Assembly: GCA_964367235.1 (NCBI GenBank)
Contig: CAYIXI010000001.1
Span: 14,878 to 78,877 of the forward strand
DNA from: an uncultured Chitinophagaceae bacterium
Lineage (GTDB): Bacteria > Bacteroidota > Ignavibacteria > UBA10030 > UBA8401
Direction of reading: 5' to 3'
DNA length: 64,000 nucleotides
A program made the position numbers and the translations under genes. This document shows positions 39,250-47,961 of this stretch, one piece after another (positions within the stretch are counted from its first letter, which is position 1; each line of letters opens with the position of its first letter). Under the pieces are notes generated by a model. That model was not told where the DNA came from. It worked only from the letters and a program-made list of their open reading frames with translations, and did not search any database.

Positions 39250-41364
39250 ATGAGCAATATTAATGCTTTTAAAGAGTACAGCACTTCTCAAATCCGCAAT
39301 ATAGCTTTAATCGGTCACGGTGGTTCAGGCAAAACAAGTTTTAGCGAAGCAGTTTTATTTTCAACAGACAAAACTACTCGGCAAGGTACAATTCAAGAGG
39401 GGAATACAATCAGCGATTATCATCCCGATGAGATTGAACGAAAAATTTCAATCAACACTTCGCTTTTAGTAACTGAATTGGAAAATGCAAAAATAAATAT
39501 TTTTGATACACCCGGTTACAACGATTTTACTGGCGAAGTAAAGTCATCACTTTTTGTTGCCGATACTGCGCTACTTTTTATAAAAGCATTTGAGGGAATT
39601 GAAGTTGGTACTGAAATCGTTTGGGAATATGTGAAAGAATTTTATCTTCCCGCATTATTTTTAATTTCAAAAATTGATCACGACAATGCTGAGTACGAAA
39701 ATGTTTTAAAATCGATTAAAGAAAAACTTACAAATGACGCGACAATTATAACTTTTCCAGTAAACTCTGGGCATGGATTTGATGCTGTGGTTGATGTTGT
39801 AAAAATGAAAATGCTAAAATTTATTCCGCACAAAAACGGAAAATATATTGAAGAGGAAATTCCTGCAGAATTTATTGAAAAAGCAAAAGCGCTTCACGAG
39901 GAGTTGATTGAAAAAATTGCAGAGAGTGACGAAGTAATGTTGAATAAATTTTTTGAACATGGCACTTTGCACGACGATGAAATTACTGTTGGAATGCGAG
40001 ATGCGATGGAGCATAGAAAACTTTATCCTGTTTTTGCAGTTTCATCAACTTCAAATGTTGGCGCATTAAATATTGCAGAGTTTGTTGCGCGATATTCTCC
40101 TGCGCCGAACGAACGACCAGCAGTAAAAGCAATTGATGCAAATACAAAAAAAGAAGTTGAAGTTAAAATTGATGACAAAAAAGAGACTTCACTTTATATT
40201 TTTAAAACAGTTAGCGAAGCGCATGTTGGCGAATTATCTTTCTTTAAAGTTTTTACCGGAATGGCTCTTCACGGACAAGATTTAATGAACGAGGCAAATG
40301 GAAAACCAGAACGACTCGGTCAGATATTTATCATGAATGGAAAAGAGAGATTTGAAATGGCTAAAATCCATTCAGGCGATATTGGAACAGTTGTAAAATT
40401 AAAAGATTCTCACACAACAAATACGCTCTCTTCAAAATCGTACCCAATTATTTTTTCTAAAATCCCTTTTCCCGCTCCAGTAATTAGTTTAGCAATTCAT
40501 CCAAAAGCAAAAGGAGAAGAAGATAAAGTTGGACAAGGCTTGCATGTTTTGCACGAGGAAGATCCGACTTTTGAATTTAAAATTGATAACGAAACACACG
40601 AAACAGTAATTAGCGGACAAGGTGAATTACATTTAGAAATTGTTGTGCGAAGATTAAAACAAAAATTTGGTGTTGATGTTGAAATCAGCGAACCAAAAAT
40701 TGCGTATCGCGAAACTATCAAAAGTAAAACGCTTGACTCCGAATACAAACATAAAAAACAATCTGGCGGTCGCGGGCAATTTGGTCATGTGCATTTAAAA
40801 ATCGAACCAAACGAACGGGGAAAAGGTTTTGAGTTTATCAACGAAATTGTTGGCGGAGTTGTGCCGGGAAGATTTATCCCCGCAGTTGAAAAAGGTTTGG
40901 TCGATACAATTTCGCAAGGAATAATTGCTGGCTTTAAAGTTGTCGATGTAAAAGTAACTTTGTTTGATGGCTCGTTTCACGATGTTGACTCTGACGAAAT
41001 CTCTTTTAAAATAGCAGGTTCGCAGGCTTTCAGAAAAGGATTTAAAGAAGCGCGACCAATTTTGCTTGAACCGATTTACATAATTGAAGTGATTGTTCCA
41101 GACGAATATATGGGCGAGGTGATGGGAGATATTTCCAGCAGACGAGGAAAAATTTTAGGAATGGAATCCGATGGCTCGCACCAAATTATTAAAGGACAAG
41201 TTGCGTTAAAGGATTTGTATCGATACTCAACAACACTTCGCTCGATGTCGCAGGGAAGAGGAATACATAAACAAAAATTTTCTCATTACGAAGAAGTGCC
41301 AAGAGAGATTGCAGAAAAAATTGTTGCTGAATACGAAAAACTTAGACAAGAAGAACATAATTAA
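39250..41364 (+). CDS. EF-G-family translational GTPase paralog with degenerate G motifs
   Basis: Five-domain EF-G layout (704 aa). G1 GHGGSGKT; G3 is DTPGY rather than DTPGH; G4 is SKID rather than NKxD. Confidence 0.75.
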   Translation: MSNINAFKEYSTSQIRNIALIGHGGSGKTSFSEAVLFSTDKTTRQGTIQEGNTISDYHPDEIERKISINTSLLVTELENAKINIFDTPGYNDFTGEVKSSLFVADTALLFIKAFEGIEVGTEIVWEYVKEFYLPALFLISKIDHDNAEYENVLKSIKEKLTNDATIITFPVNSGHGFDAVVDVVKMKMLKFIPHKNGKYIEEEIPAEFIEKAKALHEELIEKIAESDEVMLNKFFEHGTLHDDEITVGMRDAMEHRKLYPVFAVSSTSNVGALNIAEFVARYSPAPNERPAVKAIDANTKKEVEVKIDDKKETSLYIFKTVSEAHVGELSFFKVFTGMALHGQDLMNEANGKPERLGQIFIMNGKERFEMAKIHSGDIGTVVKLKDSHTTNTLSSKSYPIIFSKIPFPAPVISLAIHPKAKGEEDKVGQGLHVLHEEDPTFEFKIDNETHETVISGQGELHLEIVVRRLKQKFGVDVEISEPKIAYRETIKSKTLDSEYKHKKQSGGRGQFGHVHLKIEPNERGKGFEFINEIVGGVVPGRFIPAVEKGLVDTISQGIIAGFKVVDVKVTLFDGSFHDVDSDEISFKIAGSQAFRKGFKEARPILLEPIYIIEVIVPDEYMGEVMGDISSRRGKILGMESDGSHQIIKGQVALKDLYRYSTTLRSMSQGRGIHKQKFSHYEEVPREIAEKIVAEYEKLRQEEHN

Positions 41365-41370
41365 AAAAAG

Positions 41371-41410
41371 TAAGAATACTTCTCGCGATTTTTCGTGAGA
41401 AGTATTCTTA
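41371..41410. terminator. Bidirectional 17-bp hairpin terminator between convergent EF-G-like and cytochrome-porin genes
   Basis: TAAGAATACTTCTCGCG-N6-CGTGAGAAGTATTCTTA; U-runs on both strands. Confidence 0.7.
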
Positions 41411-41416
41411 AATGTT

Positions 41417-42538
41417 TTAAATAAAGAAGTGAAAAACTAATTGATATTCATTGTTTTCGATTTGAGTTGTTGGCTCTAAATTAATTCTATAAAGATTTAA
41501 AATTTCTACACCGCTTACCGGATAAACGCTAAAGCCAATTGAATGGCGAGTATATTTAATTTCCTTTGCGCCACCATGTAAAATATTACTTGGAGATAAT
41601 TGAATTTCTGAAGAGATGTGGTCTTCCATAGTTTTAGTTTCAAAAGAATATCTTAAATCAAATCCGGTTGTAACTTGATAATGCATTGAAAGATTATTTA
41701 TATCTTTAAAGTCGTCAAAAAATCCGAGATTAGTTTTTAAATTTACAAATTCATACATCAAAGTAAAATTTTTATCAATCGTAAATCCACCGAAATAATT
41801 TTTTACAATTCTTTTATTTGCAAATTCAGGCATAAGATAATACGAGCCACCCAACATAAAATTTAAAAATGAAAAAGAATTTTGATATTCAGTTCTTAAA
41901 ATTACGGCTTTAGATTTTTTCGGAGGAAAACCCAATCCGCCGGGATTGCCATTGAAAATACCAGCAGTGATTAAAAAATCATCAGGCGCAAAACCAATTT
42001 CCAAACCTGCATCTTCGCTTCTTTCACCAAAACCAATTTCGCTTCGTGTCCAAGTATTGTGGTCATCAGTTTTAATTCCAAAAGATGGAGTGAATTGACC
42101 AACTTTCAAAAATCCTTTTGCAGGTAAATTTTTTGCAAGCGCAAATAATTCAAAACCATCGCGCAATCCTTTATCAAAATATAAACGAACAACTTTATTA
42201 ATTTTTAAATCAAAATATAAATCGCCTTGCATTTGAAAAAATTGTGATTTTTTATTTTCAGAATTTTGATAAAATAAAGTACGAGCATCAAAACCAATCG
42301 TAAAAAAATCGTTTAATTTCGGGGTGAATTCTTCGAATTCAGTTTCAGCGCGAAACATTTGCAAGGGCAATTCATCCTGCGAAAACGAAACGCCGAAAGA
42401 ATTCCGCATTCCTTTTCCGGTGGGATTGATGTGGCACGATTGGCACGATGCGCCCGAACGAAGCGAAAAAAGTGGAAGCGCAAAAAGAGAATTTGAATTT
42501 AAAACAATTAATAGTGCAAAAATAATTTTTCGATTCAT
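41417..42538 (-). CDS. Secreted monoheme CXXCH + beta-barrel protein (Cyc2-like fused cytochrome-porin candidate)
   Basis: Signal peptide MNRKIIFALLIVLNSNSLFA, then CQSCH 13 residues into the mature protein. About 340 aa of alternating-hydrophobic beta-strand-like sequence ending in aromatic ...HFFI. Confidence 0.45.
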   Translation of the reverse strand: MNRKIIFALLIVLNSNSLFALPLFSLRSGASCQSCHINPTGKGMRNSFGVSFSQDELPLQMFRAETEFEEFTPKLNDFFTIGFDARTLFYQNSENKKSQFFQMQGDLYFDLKINKVVRLYFDKGLRDGFELFALAKNLPAKGFLKVGQFTPSFGIKTDDHNTWTRSEIGFGERSEDAGLEIGFAPDDFLITAGIFNGNPGGLGFPPKKSKAVILRTEYQNSFSFLNFMLGGSYYLMPEFANKRIVKNYFGGFTIDKNFTLMYEFVNLKTNLGFFDDFKDINNLSMHYQVTTGFDLRYSFETKTMEDHISSEIQLSPSNILHGGAKEIKYTRHSIGFSVYPVSGVEILNLYRINLEPTTQIENNEYQLVFHFFI

Positions 42539-42618
42539 TTTTTATCCATGATTTTTATGAATATAAAAAATGAATTGCAAGATTGAAAGAGGTCGCATTA
42601 AATTGTATTTTGTAAAAA

Positions 42619-43668
42619 ATGTTGAAACTACCAGAAAAAATATTAGTTATGCGATTAAGTTCGATTGGTGACATTGTACTTGTTTCGCCACTTTTAAGAA
42701 TATTGCGCGAAAGTGCTGGAAAAAATTCTCAAATCGATTTTGTTGTCAAAACCGAATTTGCTGAACTTGTTTTCTCGAATCATAATTTGTCACTTATTCA
42801 TGAGTATGATTCAAAAACTGGATTTAAAGGATTGAAATCGCTCGCAAGAAAATTAAAAAAAGAGAAATACGATTTGGTTATTGACTTGCACGATAATTTG
42901 CGAACAAAATATTTGCGCAACTTCTGCGAGCCGAAAGAAGTTGTTTCAGTACAAAAAAATATTTGGGAGAGATTTCAATTAGTTTATTTAAAAAGAAATA
43001 CTTACTCGTCTATTAAACATGTAGCTGAAAAATATTTGCAAACTTTAAAAGATTATGGAATTAAAAATGACAATAAAGGAAATGAGATATTTATTCCCGA
43101 TACAACTCAGTTTGGAGTTTCGTCGCAAATAGCAACATTAAAATTAAATGACTTCAACAAAGTAATTGGTATTTGCGCTGGTGCGAAACATTTTACAAAA
43201 CGATGGCTCCCTGAGAGATTTGCCGAATTAGCAATAAATTTATCGCAAAAATATAATGCAAAAATATTTTTATTTGGTGGAGTTGATGATGCAATTATTT
43301 CACAATCTATTTTTGATAAAATCAAAAATACAATTGGAGAGAAATTTGTAAACGATTTTACAGGCAAATATTCTTTACTTCAAACTGCTCACGCATTTGA
43401 GTATTGCGATTTAATTATTTCCAACGATACAGGATTGATGCATTTAGCATCGGCAAAACAAAAACCAATCGTAGCAATTTTTGGTTCATCTGTAAAAGAG
43501 TTTGGGTTTTATCCTTTTGAAACAAAAAATATCGTAATCGAAAATAAAAATTTAAAGTGCAGACCTTGTTCGCACATCGGAAAAAGTTCCTGCCCTGAAA
43601 ATCATTTTAAATGTATGTTGGATATTCCAAGCAAAGAAGTTGAAATTGAAGCGGAAAAAATCTTATGA
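42619..43668 (+). CDS. Glycosyltransferase family 9 (LPS heptosyltransferase-like)
   Basis: MRLSSIGDIVLVSPLLRILRE N-terminus and overall GT9 layout; 349 aa. Confidence 0.8.
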   Translation: MLKLPEKILVMRLSSIGDIVLVSPLLRILRESAGKNSQIDFVVKTEFAELVFSNHNLSLIHEYDSKTGFKGLKSLARKLKKEKYDLVIDLHDNLRTKYLRNFCEPKEVVSVQKNIWERFQLVYLKRNTYSSIKHVAEKYLQTLKDYGIKNDNKGNEIFIPDTTQFGVSSQIATLKLNDFNKVIGICAGAKHFTKRWLPERFAELAINLSQKYNAKIFLFGGVDDAIISQSIFDKIKNTIGEKFVNDFTGKYSLLQTAHAFEYCDLIISNDTGLMHLASAKQKPIVAIFGSSVKEFGFYPFETKNIVIENKNLKCRPCSHIGKSSCPENHFKCMLDIPSKEVEIEAEKIL

Positions 43669-44084
43669 TTATCAACGAAAATGTAATGAAAATTGTAAAT
43701 TCAATTTCAAACTTGAAATGCAAAGATGATTTTGCGATGATTGTACAATCTGGAATAAATCAAAACAAGGAAGAAGTAATTGCGGAGATTGCATTTCTTT
43801 CGAAATTTGTTGTGCAAACTTTTAGTGTGATGAAAAGAATTGGCACGACTGGTGAAGGTTACGACAAACTTATGTTTGAGTGGAATGAGAATTTTGAAAA
43901 AGTTTCGACTCTACTAAAATTAATTGTAAAAGAAATTTTAAGAGATGATAAAAAAAGATTATCTGAAAAATATTTCTCAACTAATCAAGAGAGTTTTTCT
44001 AATCTCTTTAATTTATTAGAAGACTTCGCTCTGTACAAAAATTATTTAATAGATTCAGTTGAACTAAAAAGGAGAAAAGATTGA
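43665..44084 (+). CDS. Hypothetical protein (139 aa)
   Basis: ATGA overlap with the GT9 stop; no recognisable motif. Confidence 0.35.
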   Translation: MIINENVMKIVNSISNLKCKDDFAMIVQSGINQNKEEVIAEIAFLSKFVVQTFSVMKRIGTTGEGYDKLMFEWNENFEKVSTLLKLIVKEILRDDKKRLSEKYFSTNQESFSNLFNLLEDFALYKNYLIDSVELKRRKD

Positions 44085-44248
44085 AAGAAATCCGCTCGCT
44101 TCTAATATTAACATTAATTCTTTTTATCCTTTTTCTTTTGATTGATCCACCTTTTACTCTGTTTGGAAAAATAATTGCTGGAGTTATTTTTGGATTACTC
44201 ACATTGATAATATTAAAGATTAACAAAGGAATAAAAAAGATTGAATAG
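44081..44248 (+). CDS. Small hypothetical membrane protein (55 aa, TTG start; not in ORF track)
   Basis: AAAGGAG RBS 5-6 nt upstream of TTG, which overlaps the previous TGA as TTGA; two predicted TM helices. Confidence 0.3.
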   Translation: MKEIRSLLILTLILFILFLLIDPPFTLFGKIIAGVIFGLLTLIILKINKGIKKIE

Positions 44249-44287
44249 TTATTTTTTAATAAATAAAATTTCATTAAATTTTAGCAA

Positions 44288-44788
44288 ATGAAAATAGATA
44301 AAATATTTTTAGTTGTATTTACAGTCTGCGCAATTATGTGGTTGGGACTAACATCCGCCAGATTAATTATTAGCAATGAAATGTTGAGTTCAAAAACTTA
44401 TCAATATTTACCGCAAATAAATATACAAACTGAATTTGTTTATTTTTCAGTTATAAGTAAAATAATTTATTTGAATTTAATTTTGTACGCACTAATTTTA
44501 ATTTCAGCAATTGGTTTTATTCTTACAAAAGAAATTAGTTTTAAAGAAAATCCTTATTTGCTTACATCAGCAATTATGTATTTTATGTTTGTGCCTGTTG
44601 AAATATATTGCGCCAATTTAGATTGGAATTTTATTTGGCTCGGCTGGAAAAACTCAATCAATATCGAAGAGTATCGACATTTATTTATGGAGAGAATCCG
44701 TGCATTTAGTGGTTTACCAATGATTGCAATTTTATGTTATTACACAATTATCCCACTAATAATTTTTAAACCATTCAATAAAAAATGA
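44288..44788 (+). CDS. Hypothetical multi-pass membrane protein (166 aa)
   Basis: 4-5 hydrophobic helices; no motif recognised. Confidence 0.35.
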   Translation: MKIDKIFLVVFTVCAIMWLGLTSARLIISNEMLSSKTYQYLPQINIQTEFVYFSVISKIIYLNLILYALILISAIGFILTKEISFKENPYLLTSAIMYFMFVPVEIYCANLDWNFIWLGWKNSINIEEYRHLFMERIRAFSGLPMIAILCYYTIIPLIIFKPFNKK

Positions 44789-45045
44789 AGCATGAAGAAG
44801 TATTAAATTTTTTAGAAAACGAATCTAAAAAAAATGGAATTAATATCAGATACGAAAAAGGAGATTTTGACGGCGGATTTTGTATTTTGCGAGATGAGCA
44901 GGTGATTGTGATAAATAGAAAACTTTCCGATTTGAGAAAATTATTAATTTTGAGCGACGCGATGAGCAAGTTTGGTTTTGATAAAATCGAATATCCACTG
45001 GAAATTCAACTTATTTTAAATAAAGAAGAAGAGAAGGTAAAATGA
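44785..45045 (+). CDS. Hypothetical protein (86 aa)
   Basis: ATGA overlaps at both ends place it in the operon. Confidence 0.35.
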   Translation: MKHEEVLNFLENESKKNGINIRYEKGDFDGGFCILRDEQVIVINRKLSDLRKLLILSDAMSKFGFDKIEYPLEIQLILNKEEEKVK

Positions 45046-45473
45046 AAATTCTTGTAATTCATGGACCAAATTTAAATCTTTTAGGCTCGCGCGAAACTGA
45101 AATTTATGGAACGCAAACTTTAAATAATCTTTGTGATGATATTATAAAAAATAATCCGAAGCATGAATTAACTTTTTTTCAATCCAATCACGAAGGTGAT
45201 ATTATAGATAGATTGCATTTAGCGATGAATGATGGAATAAAAGGAATAATAATTAATGCAGGTGCGTTCACACATTATTCTTACGCAATTCGTGATGCGA
45301 TTTCTTCAATTAAAATTCCAACTGTCGAAGTACATTTATCAAACATTCACTCACGCGAAGAATTTAGAAAAATTTCTGTTTTGCAAGATGTGTGCATTTC
45401 ACAAATATCTGGTTTGGGGATTGAAGGATATTATTTAGCAATAAATATTTTATCAGAAAAAGAAAATGATTAA
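45042..45473 (+). CDS. aroQ: 3-dehydroquinate dehydratase, type II
   Basis: MKILVIHGPNLNLLGSRETEIYG ... HLSNIHSRE canonical AroQ motifs. Confidence 0.9.
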   Translation: MKILVIHGPNLNLLGSRETEIYGTQTLNNLCDDIIKNNPKHELTFFQSNHEGDIIDRLHLAMNDGIKGIIINAGAFTHYSYAIRDAISSIKIPTVEVHLSNIHSREEFRKISVLQDVCISQISGLGIEGYYLAINILSEKEND

Positions 45474-46149
45474 GGCAGTTGTTTTTGATTTGGATAATAC
45501 GCTTGTAGATTTTATGGCGATGAAGCGAAAATCTATTGATGCGGCAATAATTGCAATGCGTGATGCAGGATTAAAATTAAGTTATGAAGAAATAAATAAA
45601 CGAATTGATTCGATTTACAAAGAAAAGGGAATTGAATTTCAAAATGTTTTTGATGAATTACTCTTCAATCATTTTCAAAAAATAGATTTTAAAATTCTTT
45701 CATCTGGAATAATTGCATATCGTCGTGCAAGAGAAGCCGCGCTTGTACCGTATCAACATGTTTATCTTACTTTAATTGAATTACTAAAAATGGGATTGCA
45801 ACTTGCAGTTGTTACCGATGCGCCTTCGCGTGAAGCTTGGCTTCGTTTATCATATTTAAATTTGATTCATATTTTTCATCATGTTGTAACTTTTGAAGAT
45901 ACTGGAAAACGAAAACCAGATCCTGCTCCATTTAAACGAGCGTTGAAACTTTTAAAAGTTAAAGGCAAAGAAGCAATTATGATTGGTGATTGGGCTGAAC
46001 GAGACATGATTGGCGCCGCAAAAGTCGGAATGAAAACTTGCTTTGCCAGATATGGTGATACTTTTGGAACAATCGAATCGCATGCCAATTACGAAGTGAA
46101 TGATGTTTTCGATTTAATTAAAATCATAAAAAAAGAAAATAAAAAATGA
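45466..46149 (+). CDS. HAD-IA family hydrolase (phosphoglycolate phosphatase-like)
   Basis: VVFDLDNTLVDF motif I, IGDWAERDMIGA motif IV. Confidence 0.7.
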   Translation: MIKAVVFDLDNTLVDFMAMKRKSIDAAIIAMRDAGLKLSYEEINKRIDSIYKEKGIEFQNVFDELLFNHFQKIDFKILSSGIIAYRRAREAALVPYQHVYLTLIELLKMGLQLAVVTDAPSREAWLRLSYLNLIHIFHHVVTFEDTGKRKPDPAPFKRALKLLKVKGKEAIMIGDWAERDMIGAAKVGMKTCFARYGDTFGTIESHANYEVNDVFDLIKIIKKENKK

Positions 46150-46517
46150 TAAAAGGAATTGGTGTTGATATAATTGAAATTGATAGAATCAAAGTTTCGA
46201 TTGAAACTTACGGCAAATCTTTTATTGATAAATTTTTTACTGCAAACGAAATTGAATATTGCTCAAAGAAAGCAAATCCATTTCAACATTTTGCCGCCAG
46301 GTTTGCCGCAAAAGAGGCTGTAAGTAAAGCACTTTCTACAGGTTGGAGTGGCGAATTTAGATGGCACGATTTTGAAGTTACAAACGACAAACTTGGCAAG
46401 CCGTATTTTACAATTTACGGCGCATTAAAATTAAGTTTAGAAAATTGCAATATTCAACTTTCTCTTTCGCACTCCGATAAAACAGTTGTTGCTTTTGTAG
46501 TGATTGAAGAAAAATAA
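46146..46517 (+). CDS. acpS: Holo-[acyl-carrier-protein] synthase
   Basis: MIKGIGVDIIEIDRI ... FAAKEAVSKAL ... SLSHSD motifs; 123 aa. Confidence 0.85.
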   Translation: MIKGIGVDIIEIDRIKVSIETYGKSFIDKFFTANEIEYCSKKANPFQHFAARFAAKEAVSKALSTGWSGEFRWHDFEVTNDKLGKPYFTIYGALKLSLENCNIQLSLSHSDKTVVAFVVIEEK

Positions 46518-46526
46518 ATAAAAAAA

Positions 46527-47672
46527 TTACTTTTTCATTTTTTTAAATATGATATTTTTCTTCTTCAATCCATTAATCATAAATTTAAAACAATTCTCAT
46601 TCGCCCCAATAAATTCCGGTGGGGAAATACCTTTTTGAGTATACAATTCATTTGCAATTAATCGTGCCGCAACAGAACATGTATATCCCGTGGTTCTCGC
46701 CATTGAAGTAATATTATTTATTTTATCAAAACGGTCAAGCATATCGTATTGATAACGAACATGTTTTTTATTTTCTATTCCTTCAACAATAACCTGCAGT
46801 ACAGTTATATCCTCTTCTCCCTCATTTAATTTCCATTTTGGAAATAAAAGTTTTGCAGTTACATCAATCGGACGAATTTTATTCCCATTTACAGTAATTT
46901 CTTTTTTACTGAACAATTCTATTTCATGAAATAATTTCATTTTCTCTGCATGGCCAGGATATCTTAAAGTTTTCTCTTTCATATTTTTTGCATTGATTGT
47001 TTTCATCAATGATCGTAAACCATCGCTGTTGAAAGATTCAAGCATTCCGATTTTTGGAAACTTATGTACTTCAATTTCAGAAAGAGCTTTTTTTACAACT
47101 ATCTTTCCATTTTTAACTATTCGCGCAGGACGAGTATATTCTTCGATAACATCAATAGGAGAAAATACAATTTTATATTCAAATGGGAGTTCGCGTAAAA
47201 CTGGAAGCCCACCTACATAACATTCAATATTTATCAATTCATCCATCTTCGCTTGATGATAACCTATAATTAAATTAGTGCAACCAGGCGCAACTCCACA
47301 ATCAACAATGGCTGTTACATTATTTTTCTTTGCAAGTTTATTAAGTTTGAAAGCATTTTCAGGAAAAAAAGAGATATCGACAATATTTTTTTTTGCCTCA
47401 ATAACCGACTTGAGCATATTGAAACCAAGAAATCCCGGAACAGCACCAATTATCAAATCAAAATCAGCAACAATTTTTTTTATTGTTGAAGCATTTGACA
47501 AGTCAGCCTTAATTCCTTTCAAGAAAAATTTTTTCCAAAGGAATCGAAGTCGTTTGTTCGAAACATCTGCAATTGTGACATCAAAATCTTTTTGCAAATC
47601 ACAAGCGACAACACTACCTATAAAACCTCCACCGAGAACGAGAATTTTTTTCATATTGCGTTGATAATACAA
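46527..47672 (-). CDS. Saccharopine-dehydrogenase-family NAD(P)-binding oxidoreductase
   Basis: N-terminal Rossmann KILVLGGGFIGS; 381 aa; resembles the Sacchrp_dh / carboxynorspermidine dehydrogenase family. Confidence 0.5.
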   Translation of the reverse strand: MYYQRNMKKILVLGGGFIGSVVACDLQKDFDVTIADVSNKRLRFLWKKFFLKGIKADLSNASTIKKIVADFDLIIGAVPGFLGFNMLKSVIEAKKNIVDISFFPENAFKLNKLAKKNNVTAIVDCGVAPGCTNLIIGYHQAKMDELINIECYVGGLPVLRELPFEYKIVFSPIDVIEEYTRPARIVKNGKIVVKKALSEIEVHKFPKIGMLESFNSDGLRSLMKTINAKNMKEKTLRYPGHAEKMKLFHEIELFSKKEITVNGNKIRPIDVTAKLLFPKWKLNEGEEDITVLQVIVEGIENKKHVRYQYDMLDRFDKINNITSMARTTGYTCSVAARLIANELYTQKGISPPEFIGANENCFKFMINGLKKKNIIFKKMKK

Positions 47673-47739
47673 ATTTTTTTGATGGAAATGGCCATTGCTT
47701 AATTTTAAAGTACTAATGGCATTTATTATTTCAAATGTT

Positions 47740-47781
47740 GATAAAACAGTTGTTGCTTTTGTAATTATAGAAGAAAAATAA
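47740..47781 (+). repeat. 42-nt near-copy of the 3' end of acpS (last 13 codons + stop)
   Basis: GATAAAACAGTTGTTGCTTTTGTAATTATAGAAGAAAAATAA vs 46476-46517 GATAAAACAGTTGTTGCTTTTGTAGTGATTGAAGAAAAATAA (3-4 mismatches). Confidence 0.7.
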
Positions 47782-47818
47782 TTTCTATTTTAAGAACCTA
47801 CTTAAATTTACCAATTAT

Positions 47819-47961
47819 TTATTTTTTATGAAAATGTTCTACAATAACCTCTTTAACTAATTGTACATCATCGGTAATCAGTCCATCGATATTTAATTTT
47901 AATAATCGCTCAACATCTTTTTTTGAAGTGATGCCATAAACATAAACTGCAATTTTATTTT
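47819..47961 (-). pseudogene. Relic 3' end (last 45 codons + stop) of a glycerophosphodiester phosphodiesterase paralog
   Basis: 134 nt (47828-47961) about 88% identical to 49129-49262, the 3' end of the intact GDPD gene. Translates to IAVYVYGITSKKDVERLLKLNIDGLITDDVQLVKEVIVEHFHKK*. Confidence 0.7.

Noticed and set aside
42420-42450. Direct repeat TGGCACGATTGGCACGATG with TGGCAC elements
   Set aside because: It lies inside the cytochrome-porin coding sequence on the non-template strand, and the spacing does not fit the RpoN consensus; likely coincidental.
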